Assembly (NCBI RefSeq): GCF_032191835.1
Contig: NC_083227.1
Location: forward strand, 112,778,001 to 112,842,000
Source: Heteronotia binoei
Lineage: Eukaryota
DNA: 64,000 bases
Direction: 5' to 3'
Numbering within the stretch: the first letter of the stretch is position 1; every line of letters begins with the position of its first letter. Below, piece by piece: positions 25,892-38,876 of the stretch. A program made the translations under genes and the position numbers. The notes below the pieces were generated by a model that saw only the letters and a program-made list of their open reading frames with translations, was not told where the DNA came from and ran no database searches.

Positions 25892-26397
25892 CCGTGTTTC
25901 CCCCAAAATAAGACACTGTCTTATATTTATTTTTTCTCAAGAAGACACACACGGGCTTATTTTCAGGGGATGTCTTATTTTTATTAAGTATAATAAAACA
26001 ATCTACATTTATTCAAATACAGTGGGGCTGGTGCTAGTGATGCGTGAACTCCTTTCCCCTAGCCGTTCGCATGTGCACAACAGGATGCCTGCGACCACGG
26101 TTACCACACGCGCACCCATGCATGCGCGAACGGCTAGGAGAAAGGAGTGATGTGGTTGCCACTCGCGCACCTGCGCAAGTGCAAACGGCTCGGAGAAAGG
26201 AGCTGTAGCAGATAAAAGGTATTTCAGTCTTCCTTACCGCTCCACGCCAAAAATCATGGCGTGGCTATGCAGATACGCTGCATAGCCACGCCCATCACTA
26301 GGTCTTATTATCGGGGCAGGGCTTATATTTAACAAATGCATAGAAATCCTGCTAGGGCTTATTTTTTTGGGTAGGTCTTATTTTCGGGGAAACATGG
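25892..26397. mobile_element. Tc1/mariner-superfamily (Tc2/pogo-like) MITE
   Basis: TIR CCGTGTTTCCCCCAAAATAAGAC / GTCTTATTTTCGGGGAAACATGG, flanked by TA on both sides. Confidence 0.8.
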
Positions 26398-26619
26398 TAG
26401 CTGGCACAAAGCAGCTGTTAGGGTTTTTCTTGATCATATGCAGGTCTATTTCCTCAGCATAGGCACATGGAGTAGAGAGGAAGCATCTTGGTTTAGAAAA
26501 ATAATCATGCAAGTGGGCTGAGTCAAACGGTATCAAATGGGGGCTTACAAAAAGTACCTTCCAATGCCTTCAGTCCAGTGCTCTATTCCTGGATTCCCAG
26601 GATGCCAATACTAGGGCTA

Positions 26620-27021
<402 letters not shown>

Positions 27022-28760
27022 CTACAGGCAACAGAATATAATGTATCACTTATAGTGAATTATTCAGCAATATTACATCAGTCCATTCCCAACCCAAAAT
27101 CTGGTTTTCATGTGAGCCTAAGACCAGTTGCCACTATTAGTTTTATTCCTAGTCCACAGAAAGTTGTGAGCAAGAAGATTCTCTGGCCTAAGAAGTCTGT
27201 AGGAAGAAAACAGAAAATGCAGCATTGCATGGAGTCTGATACTGGTCTATCTAGTCTGCAAGAGTTCTTTCTCTAGCCTAGGCCATCAGCAGCTCTCCTC
27301 TTTGTCAGGCAAAGATCTTCCCAAGTTCTGCTCCTCATGGTCCTTTTATTATGTATATCAATCTGAGGTCCTTGGAGGAATGGCAGGATAAAAATGCACT
27401 AGATAGATACAGAAGCCAAAGACTTGCCCTGGGATCTTCAAAAGGAAAGACATATGGCCTACTACTTTGCTGTGGGCACCATTAAACAATTTCTTGACAA
27501 GTGCTCAACTCTCTCCAAATATATCATAGTTTAGAAACAACTAAAGTGAAGCAGAGCAAAAATTTCATTTTGGTATATAATTGCTATGATTTCAACACTG
27601 TGAAAGGCTAAAGCACAACAAAAAGTCAAGCACTTAGGTACACTGGCTGAAACTGGCTAAAACAGGAAATTCCTTCAAACCAGTTGCTCACAAGTGCTTG
27701 AAGCAGACCAGTTACACAATTAATTGGACCTATGTATTTGAACAATGTACATATTAGTCTGAGGCACAGTTATGCAAAAGTTATATCAAATCAATATTGA
27801 GTCTGGACACTGCAGAAAATCTCCAGTAGTAGAAGGGATTTCCTTCAGTGAAACAGGACTTTCTCACCTCCCAACACTAGCTACAGCACTATATGCCTCT
27901 TAAAATGTAGTGGCACAACTCAGCAAGTGAACTCAGAAGGCATTTAAAGTTTCAATGTCTTCTGAACTTGTCAAGTTGTGCCGTAATGGCAGCACAACTC
28001 TGCAAGTGAACTCATAAGGCATTTAAACTTTCTGCCTTCTGAACTCACTGAGTTCAAAACTTAATTTAAATGGATCAATTCTCCATTATACCCTATGGCG
28101 GAATAAGTTCATGTTTCGCAAATATTTACCTGAATACCAGCACAATACCAATATTGATATTTGGGGATATTGATATTTTTCAGATTCAATGGACCCAAAT
28201 GGGGGGGGGCATTTCTTTTTGCACACCCCTAATCAGCATACGCTAGTTGTTCAGCAAGTATGTATCTGTGCAACCCTGGAACTGAAAGATCTCCCGCATT
28301 ATGTCCTGTTTCATGATCTTTACTTGGTTCCCAGGGCAAAGTTTATTGCCATCATTTTAGCCAGGCTAGCCTCGCATTCAGTAGCAGACAAAATCATGTA
28401 CCTTGCTCTTATGTGATGATGATCATTACATCACCTATATGATGTCACTGTATGTATAGGCTGCCAAGAAGATTCATGCAAAACTTCTGCCCTCATGTTC
28501 AACACACTGCATTCTCTGCTATGTCCCGGTCCTGACAATTTTAACATTTTTAACCTTGTGTTTTTACTGTAATATTATTACTGCTCAGGCAGCTGTCTTT
28601 ATATTGTTACAGCCTTTGGCCTCATGCAATACAATTCTACCTACCTATATGCTTTCTGGGAGACAAAGGACCCCCAACAGCAAAATGATGTGTCTGCTGA
28701 TGGAGGAGGCAAAAATCACTTCCCTCCTTTCCATCACCAGAAATTTTCCATGGGCCAATC

Positions 28761-28952
28761 CAATGTTCCCTCTAAGCTGTGGAGTCTTGTCAGCAAAAAT
28801 CCTACTTCATGAACTATTGGCATTAAAGTTGTGAGTCCCTGCATAAATTAGTTTGCTCTGGGCCCATTTTTCCTGAGCTAAGACAAAAATGTGTGAGCTG
28901 GAAGCTAAAAAACTAAGTTAGCTCCCGTTAACACAGCTTAGAGGGAACACTG
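28761..28952. mobile_element. hAT MITE (same family as 60880-61073, opposite orientation)
   Basis: TIR CAATGTTCCCTCTAAG / CTTAGAGGGAACACTG; TSD degraded. Confidence 0.75.
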
Positions 28953-29450
28953 ACCCCAATTCCTTATGCAAAAAAAAGGTTTAGAATTGGAATGTCAAAA
29001 TTTTCTAAGCAATCAGATTAGCAAAACAGGTTCATCAGGCAACATGCTTGTTGTTCTGTATACCATGCTACAAGTCCAGCTGTGTCACAGCCTCGGGCAT
29101 GTTGCTGTTCCTGAGCCTCAGTTGCCCATTTCTGAAATTTCAATTGTCCGCATGAAGCTTCCTTATACAAGATCACTGGCCCATTTATCCAGTACTGTCT
29201 ACCCTGAGAGGCAGCACCTTCAAGGGTCTCAGGTGCAGGTTTTTCACATCCATTAACTGAAAGGTCTCAGAGATTGAACCAGGCACATTCTGCATGCAAA
29301 GCACATGCTGTACCACTGAACCACAGCCCCTCCCAAGTATCACCTGGGAGCAACCATCACTTGAGGAATCCTAATTTTTCTGACTGACTTCCAGGAGGTT
29401 TTTTCCCCCTTTCTCTCCACATATTTACCTATTTTAAAAAAATATTTCTA

Positions 29451-29609
<159 letters not shown>

Positions 29610-29993
29610 CTATGGGAAGGCAGAACAACAAAAAGATGCTTGCTGCACAGTACTAGAACAAATCAGATCAGAATACTAAAATCCACTTTCTAGATTCACC
29701 AGCAATGAACTTCACACCAGTATTAGCAATCACCCTTTTCCCATACACCTAGCAAAAAAGCCCCCTACCCCAAGTCTTCAATGAGTTACAGGGAATTTGA
29801 GGGGGAGACAAGATAGTTCCCCACCACCACGACCCACCCACTTACAGACAGAATCAATTAAGCACAGTTTATTTCTGAGGCAAAAGCAGAATGAAAAGCA
29901 GAGAAATACCCCTTCCCCAAGTTCTCTGCCCTACACACTGGGTTTTTCCAGGATTAGAGGGGGACAGGATGAGTCAGCTACAATGAACAGCTA

Positions 29994-30263
<270 letters not shown>

Positions 30264-31306
30264 TTAATTAACTGTAATAATGAGCAATTATTTATTATAC
30301 TTACATCCTGTCTTTCATTTTGTACACATCTTACATAGGAGGTCTTATGTCCAGTCACTGAGCACACCAAGATCATCCTAGCTTCTGGAAGGCCATAGTA
30401 TCATGTGCTCTCTAACCTTATCCTGGTACTCACTATATCATCAGTTTTAATCCAGCAGCACAAAAAATGGACGAGATCTTAAAGCAGCTCTTCCAATTAA
30501 GGTATGTTTTCAAGACACACAAAAGCTCCCAACTCATATTAATACATGCACACAAACACTGCTTGAACAAGTGATGCATACAGCTGGGCTCAGCCAGACT
30601 TGTGAACTATATAACTGGCTGTCAAACCCCATCACAAAACCTGTGCACACTATAAACAGAATCAACCCTATGTAGTCTCATGAAAGGCAAACACAATGCG
30701 ACTCATGTTAATATCTCCTTTCTCTGACTCTTAAAGTGACCAGAAATAAAGGAAAATCAGGATTCATTTCCAGAGAGAAAAATGCTTATAATACATCCAG
30801 CATGTGTACAAATTACCCATTTCTGATTCAGACAGGTAGCAATGAAATACAAAATAAGGGTTCATAATGAACAATCCTGGAGGCGTCCCCCCCTTCTTTT
30901 TTAGTTCAGGAAAGGGAACAGCACAGACACAAATTCAGAGCAGGCATCAGAGAAGGGTCACATTGTACCATACACCAGAAATTCCTAAACCTTAGTGTGA
31001 TGAACCTCTCTATATCAAAACACAAAACTGCTCAAATGAAACTAATGCTGTAAGCCTAGGTATACATGTGGTACTAAGTCCCACTGAATACAACTGGACT
31101 TATTTCCAAAGAAACAAGTGCAGGATCAGGTTACAAAATATTGTGAGGACAACTTGCATGATAGTTATCAATCTGTTCACATTCAAGGAACAAGTAGAGA
31201 AAAGACATTATGTTTTTGAGGTGTTTTAAACTAGGATTCCAGGGAAGCAAAAAGGCTCTGAAAAATTTCTCCCCCTCCAGTTAATGCAGCGTGTGTGTGT
31301 CTAGAC

Positions 31307-31446
31307 CAGGGGTGGCCAATGGTAGCTCTCCAGATGTTTTTTTTTTGCCTACAATTCCCATCAGCCCCAGCCAGCATGGCCAATGGCTGGGGCTGATGGG
31401 AGTTGTAGGCAAAAAACATCTGGAGAGCTACCATTGGCCATCCCTG
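31307..31446. mobile_element. 140-bp palindromic hAT MITE
   Basis: Whole element is a near-perfect inverted repeat; TSD GTCTAGAC / GTCTAAAC. Confidence 0.88.
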
Positions 31447-32849
31447 GTCTAAACAATATTGTTCATGCTGCAGTCATCCCAGAGTCATGATGACTAGAAA
31501 GGAATATATAGATAAGCAGTCTCTCTTTTTCATCAACTGCAATGTGAGTGGGAGAATAAGACATTAGCAACTATTTCAGCAACTTCCTATATCTCCTTAG
31601 GATGGTAAGTAGTTCTGGGGTAACCAACACAGTGGCATCTTAGGCCACAGGGCACCATATCCTTGGCTCTTTCTTAGAAACATCCACTGCACACATTTGA
31701 GCATCTTAATGAATTAACTATTGTCAGGCAGTTAAAGAAAGCACATAAGACAACAACTGTGAGATGGTAAAGAAAATACAATGTCAAACAGCAGCTGTGT
31801 TATCAATACACACTTCTCACAATTTCCTGCACCTTCAGGTACCCACACATTTCCCGTTATATATATTTTAAAAACCCTCATTTCCATCACAGCATTAATG
31901 CACATAGAGCAGCTCTGTAGATAGTCACTGGGCACAGGCATATAGCAGTGCCACATAATTAGGTTACCAAACCCAGCCAAACCGTGTGTGCATGAGTTAC
32001 TTTTTCAAGAAGCCTGACTTACAATTTCCTACACAGTACTAGAAGATTCCTAAAGCATCAGTAAAATGTTCCTGATTGATTTCAAAACTATGTGACTAAA
32101 CCTCTGCTACCTGCTAAGGCCCTTACCCTCTCCAAGAAAAATATTTTTGTACACATCCTGACTATGCCAAAATGCAAATTCCTCACCTGCTCCCAGCCCC
32201 TTTCCAGGCAGTGAAATATAGGCAGCTGCCCGCCCACCCCCCACCACAATACAAAATAGATACTACCAGGACAGACTCTTTCTCAGAGTTCAACATGAGT
32301 GAGGGACTCTAGCAGACTTATTTTATCTGAAATCTTTGAATCTAACTTGGCTTTTAAACCCAGGATAAAGCTGCTGTCTTTATTACTGGAGATACCTTTC
32401 TCCAGGATACTATTAATGGTAACATCTGAGACACCCTTAAGTAAAATAAACTACACAGCATAGTACCCAACTATTGGGGCTGGTAATGGGTGCACCAACT
32501 AAGAAAAGGAGGTGCAAAACTACCAGATCAAATCGGATCTCAGTGATCGCACTGTAGACGTTATCCTCTCCCCCCAATTTGTACGGGGGGGGGTACTGGT
32601 TCACTTTGCAGTAGTACTTATAAAGCTTATCAAGATGTAGCAATCCAAATAGTGCACAAAGAAGAAGCTTAGAACTTTTACTAGTCAGGTGAGATTAGGA
32701 CGACTCCAGCAGGTCACTCATTGATATTCCTCGTGAGCCTCCTGCATTTGAACAAATCGGATAACAGCTCCAACATCGAAGTTTACAACGGGAGAAATAG
32801 CACCGATATCTAGCAAACGGCTTGATACCTTTAAAATAACAGTAATCAT

Positions 32850-33600
32850 AATAAAGGTTTCTGTCACCGCAGCAAGTGGAGAGCAACTCGGGAGCGGAGG
32901 GTCCGAATGAGAGCCTACGACAGCTTGCAATGAGACACACAAGTAGCCAGCAGCTTGGAGCAGAGCCCGGCTTCGCCGCTCCCCCAGTCCAGCCCTTCCC
33001 TCCCTCGTTCTCAGGGCGTTACCTTCGCAGATGCGGTCCAGCCTCTGACGCTTCACTTTGTGTCTGTCCATAGGACACGCCGAGACGGGCCCACGCGAGT
33101 CTGACGGGAGAGATGAAGGGAGGGCGCAACAAAAAGGCACAGCCCTGGCTCAGCTAGCGGGACCGAGTGCAGAGGGGAGCTGCGGGTTCCTGCCCAAGGC
33201 ACAGCAGCTGCAAGGAGGACCCGCAGCGACTCGTTCTCTGCCTCTACCCTCCCGGGAGGCAGCGGCAACCAGACCACTTCAGTAAGTGCAGCACATAACC
33301 CGTCCACCTCGCCTCCGCTCTTCCCCAGCTCAGCGCCCCCCGCCTCTGCCTCGCCACCGGCCTCTAAAAGGAAGCGGAAGGGCCGGACTGCGTTCGCGGA
33401 GGGCAGGCTCTCCCTCAATACCCGGGCAAAGCGGAACGCGTCAGCCAGAGGAATGCCTAGAAAGTCCCAGGGTCCAGGCAATCACTTCCGGAGTAGCACC
33501 TTAACCTTTTTATAGTGGCGCTTGTTTTCGCGATACAGGAGGGGTGGAGTCCTGTGTATAAGGGGCACGAAGATGGGAAGCGGGGGTGGGGCGAAGCATT
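32850..33600 (-). promoter_or_regulatory. CpG island / promoter of the CtBP-like gene
   Basis: CpG-rich; ETS/GABP-type CCGGAAGT on the minus strand at 33484-33491; CTTCCGCTTCC near 33370-33380. Confidence 0.7.
33023..33071 (-). CDS. CtBP-like gene, coding exon 1 (MDRHKVKRQRLDRICE-G), CtBP2-type NLS exon
   Basis: ATG at 33071; donor GAAG|GTAAC. The nine exons sum to 1320 nt = 439 aa + stop with consistent phases. Confidence 0.92.
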
Positions 33601-33899
33601 CAAAAAAATAAAAGAAGTTGGGGTTACCGTGCTTTTAGGCATAAAAGAAGTCAGACAAATATGATTTGTTTCCTGGCAAGGCTTTGGTGCTCTTAAATGC
33701 CTCATGACAAGGAAAATTAAAGAAAAGCTTTGCTTGTTGAGTTAGCTACCTATTAATGCTATAAAGACACATAAGTCTTTTTTTTTTTTTGCTATTTAAA
33801 GCACTATGTAACAGTTATGAGAAGATGGTGCTATCAAATATGCACCTACTTGCTTTGAGAGCATGTAATCTTTCCTTTTCTGGCTGCTGCTATCTTGCT

Positions 33900-34640
33900 G
33901 ATGTTTATTCTAACTACTTTAACCTTCCAGAACATTCACTGGGTGATCTCAAAGTTGCTGTTTTACTGCAAAGGAACTTCAAGAACAGAATGCTGAGGGA
34001 AATTGCTAAATTACAAATTATTAAACTTGTGAACAGGAATATTGGTTTTTTATCTCATTACATATGCTAAACCTACTTTCACCAAGTATGGCTATATATC
34101 CACAGTATTCCAATGTATTTCTCTTTTAGGATAGTGTATATGAATGTTTTTGTTATTGACATTCTCACAAATAAGGGATATTGGCTGTTGATCTCATTAC
34201 ATATACTAAACCCATCTTTGACTGTATTTTAATGTATTTTTCTGATGGCAAACTAGAATTATGTATATATTTATGTTACATGTTAAAAGGTAAAAGGTAA
34301 ATTAGTTAGACAAGAACTTCTGGGGGAAAATCCTCTCATTTTGACCCAGGCTTATTAGCAATAGAATAATTAACAGACATTCTCACATTAATATGTTGCT
34401 GTTTTATTGGTTTCCCACACTAATGCAACCCAGATCAAAGGTTTTCTGAATTTGTTAATTTTACTATTCTATTGGATTTTAACTTTGTACCACTTTGCAT
34501 TCTAAACCCCACAGCTATATATAGCTCTGCTTACTTTACCTAATTCTTTGAAGAAGTGTGCATGCACATGAAAGCTTACATTCTGAATAAAAAGTTTGGT
34601 CTTAAAGGTGCTCCTTGACTTCTGCTTTGTTCTGACAAAG
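33900..34640 (+). mobile_element. Penelope-like element remnant (GIY-YIG endonuclease C-terminus and terminal repeat)
   Basis: YFNLPEHSLGDLKVAVLLQRNFKNR...REIA...NIGFLSHY; partial repeat of the ORF end near 34175-34212; terminal motif at 34545-34640. Confidence 0.7.
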
Positions 34641-35321
34641 CATGATACCAAAAATATTTCTTTAAATGCTTTAAATATATTCCTTAAATGCATTGAGAAG
34701 TAGTGAGCAAACTGCTTATTCTTTGCAAGCCATTATAGAACTCACCTAAAATCAGTCTTTTTCTTCCTCCCTGTACTCAGGAACAGCCAGGACCTCTGTT
34801 TTAACAAGCCAGTGAGGAAACTGGCTCATTTACTGAGCAAAAAAACCTTTGTAGACAGATATGAAGTAGTGCAATGTAAAGTAACCAGGAACCCCAGTAA
34901 ATTCCCAGTTGTTACAAAGATTCTTGGGACTTTCACCACTTTTGTCTGTTTATGAAGGATTTTAATTAGAATCTGAAGTGACATTTCTTGGGATTTTTTT
35001 TTTTTACACTTGTCTTTGGAAAATGTTTCTGCATTTTGGGGGTAAGTAAGGATTTTACTGACAACTCTAGATGGACATGTGTAGAAACAAGGTCAGTGTC
35101 ACTAGCTTCTTTTCCCTCCAACAATAACATTGTCCCATCCCAAAGACATACCACTCAGGTAAGTGATTTTCCCTTTTTTTAATACAAAAGGAACAAGCAG
35201 ACAAAACCCCGTGAATCCCACTGCCACTTTTCCCTTGGCACCCACCCCACTGCCCTCAACTAGGAACGCGGTCTCCCCCGCTGCTGATCCCAGAGTCAGT
35301 TTTCAAAGGAACATCCAATCC

Positions 35322-35585
35322 CTAGTTCTCCTCAATCAATGTTAGATCCAGATCACTGAAGTCTGGTTGGAAGAGAGTCCTTTTGCTGGCTAAGTTCCAG
35401 TTTAGTCTCCTTGCTGCTTCTGCTGCTGCTGCTTCTTCCTCCTCTTCACTTTCACTAAGCACCTGGATGCAGTTGCTGACGGGACTGCATGGAGCTGAGG
35501 GTGCTTGTGGGCTGCAGGCCAAGAGCCATGATGGATAGCCACCTTCAGATTTGTCTAACTGACAGACAGCTCCTGCAAATGGTTT
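35322..35585 (-). CDS. FAM53C: FAM53C last coding exon
   Basis: KPFAGAV...QVLSESEEEEE...SKRTLFQPDFSDLDLTLIEEN*; acceptor TTTCACAG|AAA. Confidence 0.95.
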   Translation of the reverse strand, partial: KPFAGAVCQLDKSEGGYPSWLLACSPQAPSAPCSPVSNCIQVLSESEEEEEAAAAEAARRLNWNLASKRTLFQPDFSDLDLTLIEEN

Positions 35586-36480
35586 CTGTGAAACAGAACA
35601 ATGGAAATTTATAAACATCTTTTTGTTTTTACTGTTGTTACATAAGGCCTTTCCAATCATATTCATGATACACTGTGCCTTCAGGTGTATCTCACAGACA
35701 TAGCTAGAGAAACTCATTCTGGCTTCTGAGGATGGGAGAGCTATTGTGGCCTTCACATACACCACTGGGAAGTTACTATGGACGATACAAATGGTTAACT
35801 GAATCAGACTTTAGTTTTTCAACCCTATTTCCACTACAGACTTAAGCAGGACTGCTAACAGACTATTCTAGCAAAGCCTTCCTGAACCTGTTCCAGACTC
35901 ACATAATCTGTACTTCCAATGCCATCTTTCCCCTCAACAGTCTTATTAAAGTAACTCTATGCTCTCCCCAACTATATTTTTGTATCACTCTCGACAATCA
36001 TAGTTTAGCACCACCACCTTCAACAGAAAATTACTACATTTTGTATTACTTGCAGTACATTTCAGTTGGTATTAAACTACAGCTATTGCCTTTTTTATAC
36101 AAAAAAGAAAAGCAGTAGCAAGAACAGACTCCCTTACACCTTCAGAAGGTTTGGATTTGCACAACACACACCAAAAATTGCCAATATATCCAAAGCAAAT
36201 GTTTTGCTGCCACCCTACACATAAATCTTGATGCCATATGTGGCTCCCAGCTCCTCATTGTTCACTGCAGTGCTCTTGAGCCATCCCACAGTAACATATT
36301 ACTGGATGTAGTTAAAAGTCAGCTCAAGAGAACCATGTTCTTTATTAAACGGGCACCCCTCTGCTTTACTTCAGATGCACACAGTTGGTCTCTCTTAATC
36401 CAGTCCACCAGCTTTTTCTTCCTGTGACCCCACCTAACATTCTCTGACAATGAATGGATAGTGCCTGCTTCCTTCCCTAC

Positions 36481-37208
36481 CTGATTCATCTTGTAGAAAT
36501 CAAGTGAGGGTCTGTGCCACCTCACTTCCTCATCATGGCGCCGCTTGAGACCACATTTCCTGGTGTCCAGGTCACATGGCTGTGAGCGGCTTCGAGGGAG
36601 GCTGTGCTGGTGTCGAAGCAGCTCTGGTGTGGAGGTGGTAGAGCTTCGTGGAGATGGGAGAAATCTGACAGGTGACAGGGAGAAACGTCGTTGCAAAGGG
36701 TAGGGCTGCAAAGTCTCTCCAGTCTCCCACTGTACACTTGCTGGGGATTCTCGGGACAGGGCCAGACTGAAGAAAGGTGGGCTTCTGCCACCACCAGCAC
36801 CATCTTGAACACACTGATGAGAGGCACTGGGGACAGGATTGAAACAAGATCTGCTGGCTCCCTGGGTCAGGTTTTGGGGGCGAACTGCCAAAGTGTCCCC
36901 TCCACTGTTGTCCCGACGTTTGATGTGTGTCCACACTTTGGAGCCCAGGGGTCTCCAGATAGTCTGCCAACGTGAGAGATCTTCGGGCACTGAAAGTGAA
37001 CGGCAGTGTCTTTTGGTGGGGGGCACAGAAGCCTTTTCTGAGACTGATGAGTTGGTGGCCAGTGTTTGGGTTATGAGGCTGCTCTGAGGATTGTTGTCTG
37101 GGCTGCAGGGGGGCAGGGGAAGGCTCAAGCTGGAGTGTTGGTTGAGGCCTGTGGTGTCCTGAAGATGGATCTTTGGACAAGGAGCCAGGTCCCTCCATGA
37201 AGCTCCCT
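36481..37208 (-). CDS. FAM53C: FAM53C large coding exon (728 nt)
   Basis: EGASWR...PPTKRHCRSLSVP...RRFSLSP...LPRSRSQPCDL...RPSLDFYKMNQ; canonical splice sites. Confidence 0.95.
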
Positions 37209-38479
37209 CTGCAAAAAATACCAAACAACAAAAGATTACAAGGTAAGTGCCGCACTGCCACCCAAATACGCATCCCAGACATCCATAATTATATCCTGTG
37301 AAATGACAAGAATTAGCACTCTGATCTGTCTTTGGAAATGTATCAAATAGCATGGGCACCCTTGAACGCACGTAAAATACTTCCCAAAAAGTTTCTGTAC
37401 TGCTGAAGCATAGAATTATTCCAGACAATGGCTTTATGTTGGAAGATTGAAATTGGCTCCAATTTTTATAGTACATTTCCCCCTAGCCAACAGAATCTGT
37501 GGTCTGGCCTGATCATTATCTCTCAAGTAATAAGCAACCCACAAGGACACCCAAATGGGGCATGTTTATCAGTTGCTCCTTGGTCCACTAAATATGATGT
37601 CTGTGTTTTAAATTCCTATGATGCACAAGACATCCATGAACTCTAATAAGTAGTTTTCTTACCAAACTAGGCATTTTGGGGTCAGAGGAAATTAATAAAG
37701 CTGATGAACAAAAGGAATTTGGTTTATTTTTCTTATGGCTGGGGCAACACATGAGGTAGAGAAGATGACATTTCCCCCATTACTGGGACTGAACAACGAA
37801 AACAGGCTGACAGATCGAGCACAAATTAAGAGAAACCAAAACAGAAGAGTCGTTGAAGTATTCCTGTTTCTTTTACATATTGCAATGATTAGCATTACTG
37901 GGATTAAGGTGGCTTTTCACATTTAAAACAAGCAAACCATCAGATCTTTCAGCAATTTTCCTACAATATCTTGGATATCTCTTAAAGAAAGTAATGCAAG
38001 AAGTTCTGTGCTTCAACAATGCTCTTCAATGTTCTTCTAACAGCAACAAGACATTCTTAATTTAATCACACAGGTCTTCCTTTGCACCACTAAAGATTTA
38101 ACTAAAGCTAGTGCTCACTATCTTCAATAGAGTGAGCAACCAAACCAGAAGGCATGCAGCCCTGAAGCAAATCCAGAGAATAAAAAACAGAATTCATTAA
38201 GGAGCTGGCTATGTCTGACAGCTATAAAACAAGACTTTCTAAAAGCAATAAAACTAAAATGGATCATTTCATTCAAAATGTACAAAAGATTAGTTGCCAT
38301 TATTGGCTTTTTAAAAATGGAAACAAGAGGACCAATGGAAAAGCCAGAACCAAACATGCCACAATAAAAGGGATAGAAGTTGGCACAAGACAGTAATCTC
38401 ATGAAATAAAAACAATGTTTTCAGACAGGACTAAAAAAGATGAGTTACTTTTTCCTTTATGTTTCACAGGAAATCACCA

Positions 38480-38876
38480 ATATACTGTCTATGAACTCCA
38501 AAAGAGCAGTCATGTTAGTGTGCAGCAGCTCTGAATCCTGTGGTATTTTAAAAACGGCTGTATTTATTTGGACACACATTTGTATGGGCCAGAGTCTTTG
38601 AGATGTCACAGGATTATTTGCTTATATCCTTTTTGGACATACCATCCAAGCAGAAGAAATGGAAGATATGGAAGATATGGATATACTGTCTATGAACTCC
38701 AAAAGAGCAGTCATGTTAGTGTGCAGCAGCTCTGAATCCTGTGGTATTTTAAAAACTGCTGTATTTATTTGGACACACATTTGTATGGGCCAGAGTCTTT
38801 GAGGTGTCACAGGATTATTTGTTTATATCCTTTTTGGACATACCATCCAAGCAGAAGAAATGGAAGATATGGAAGA
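38480..38876. repeat. Tandem duplication, 2 copies of about 197 bp (period 201)
   Basis: Copies start ATATACTGTCTATGAACTCC at 38480 and 38681; about 3 substitutions differ. Confidence 0.95.

Noticed and set aside
36572-37282. 236-aa alternative-frame ORF within the FAM53C exon
   Set aside because: Shadow frame of a Pro/Ser-rich exon; no independent homology or splice support.
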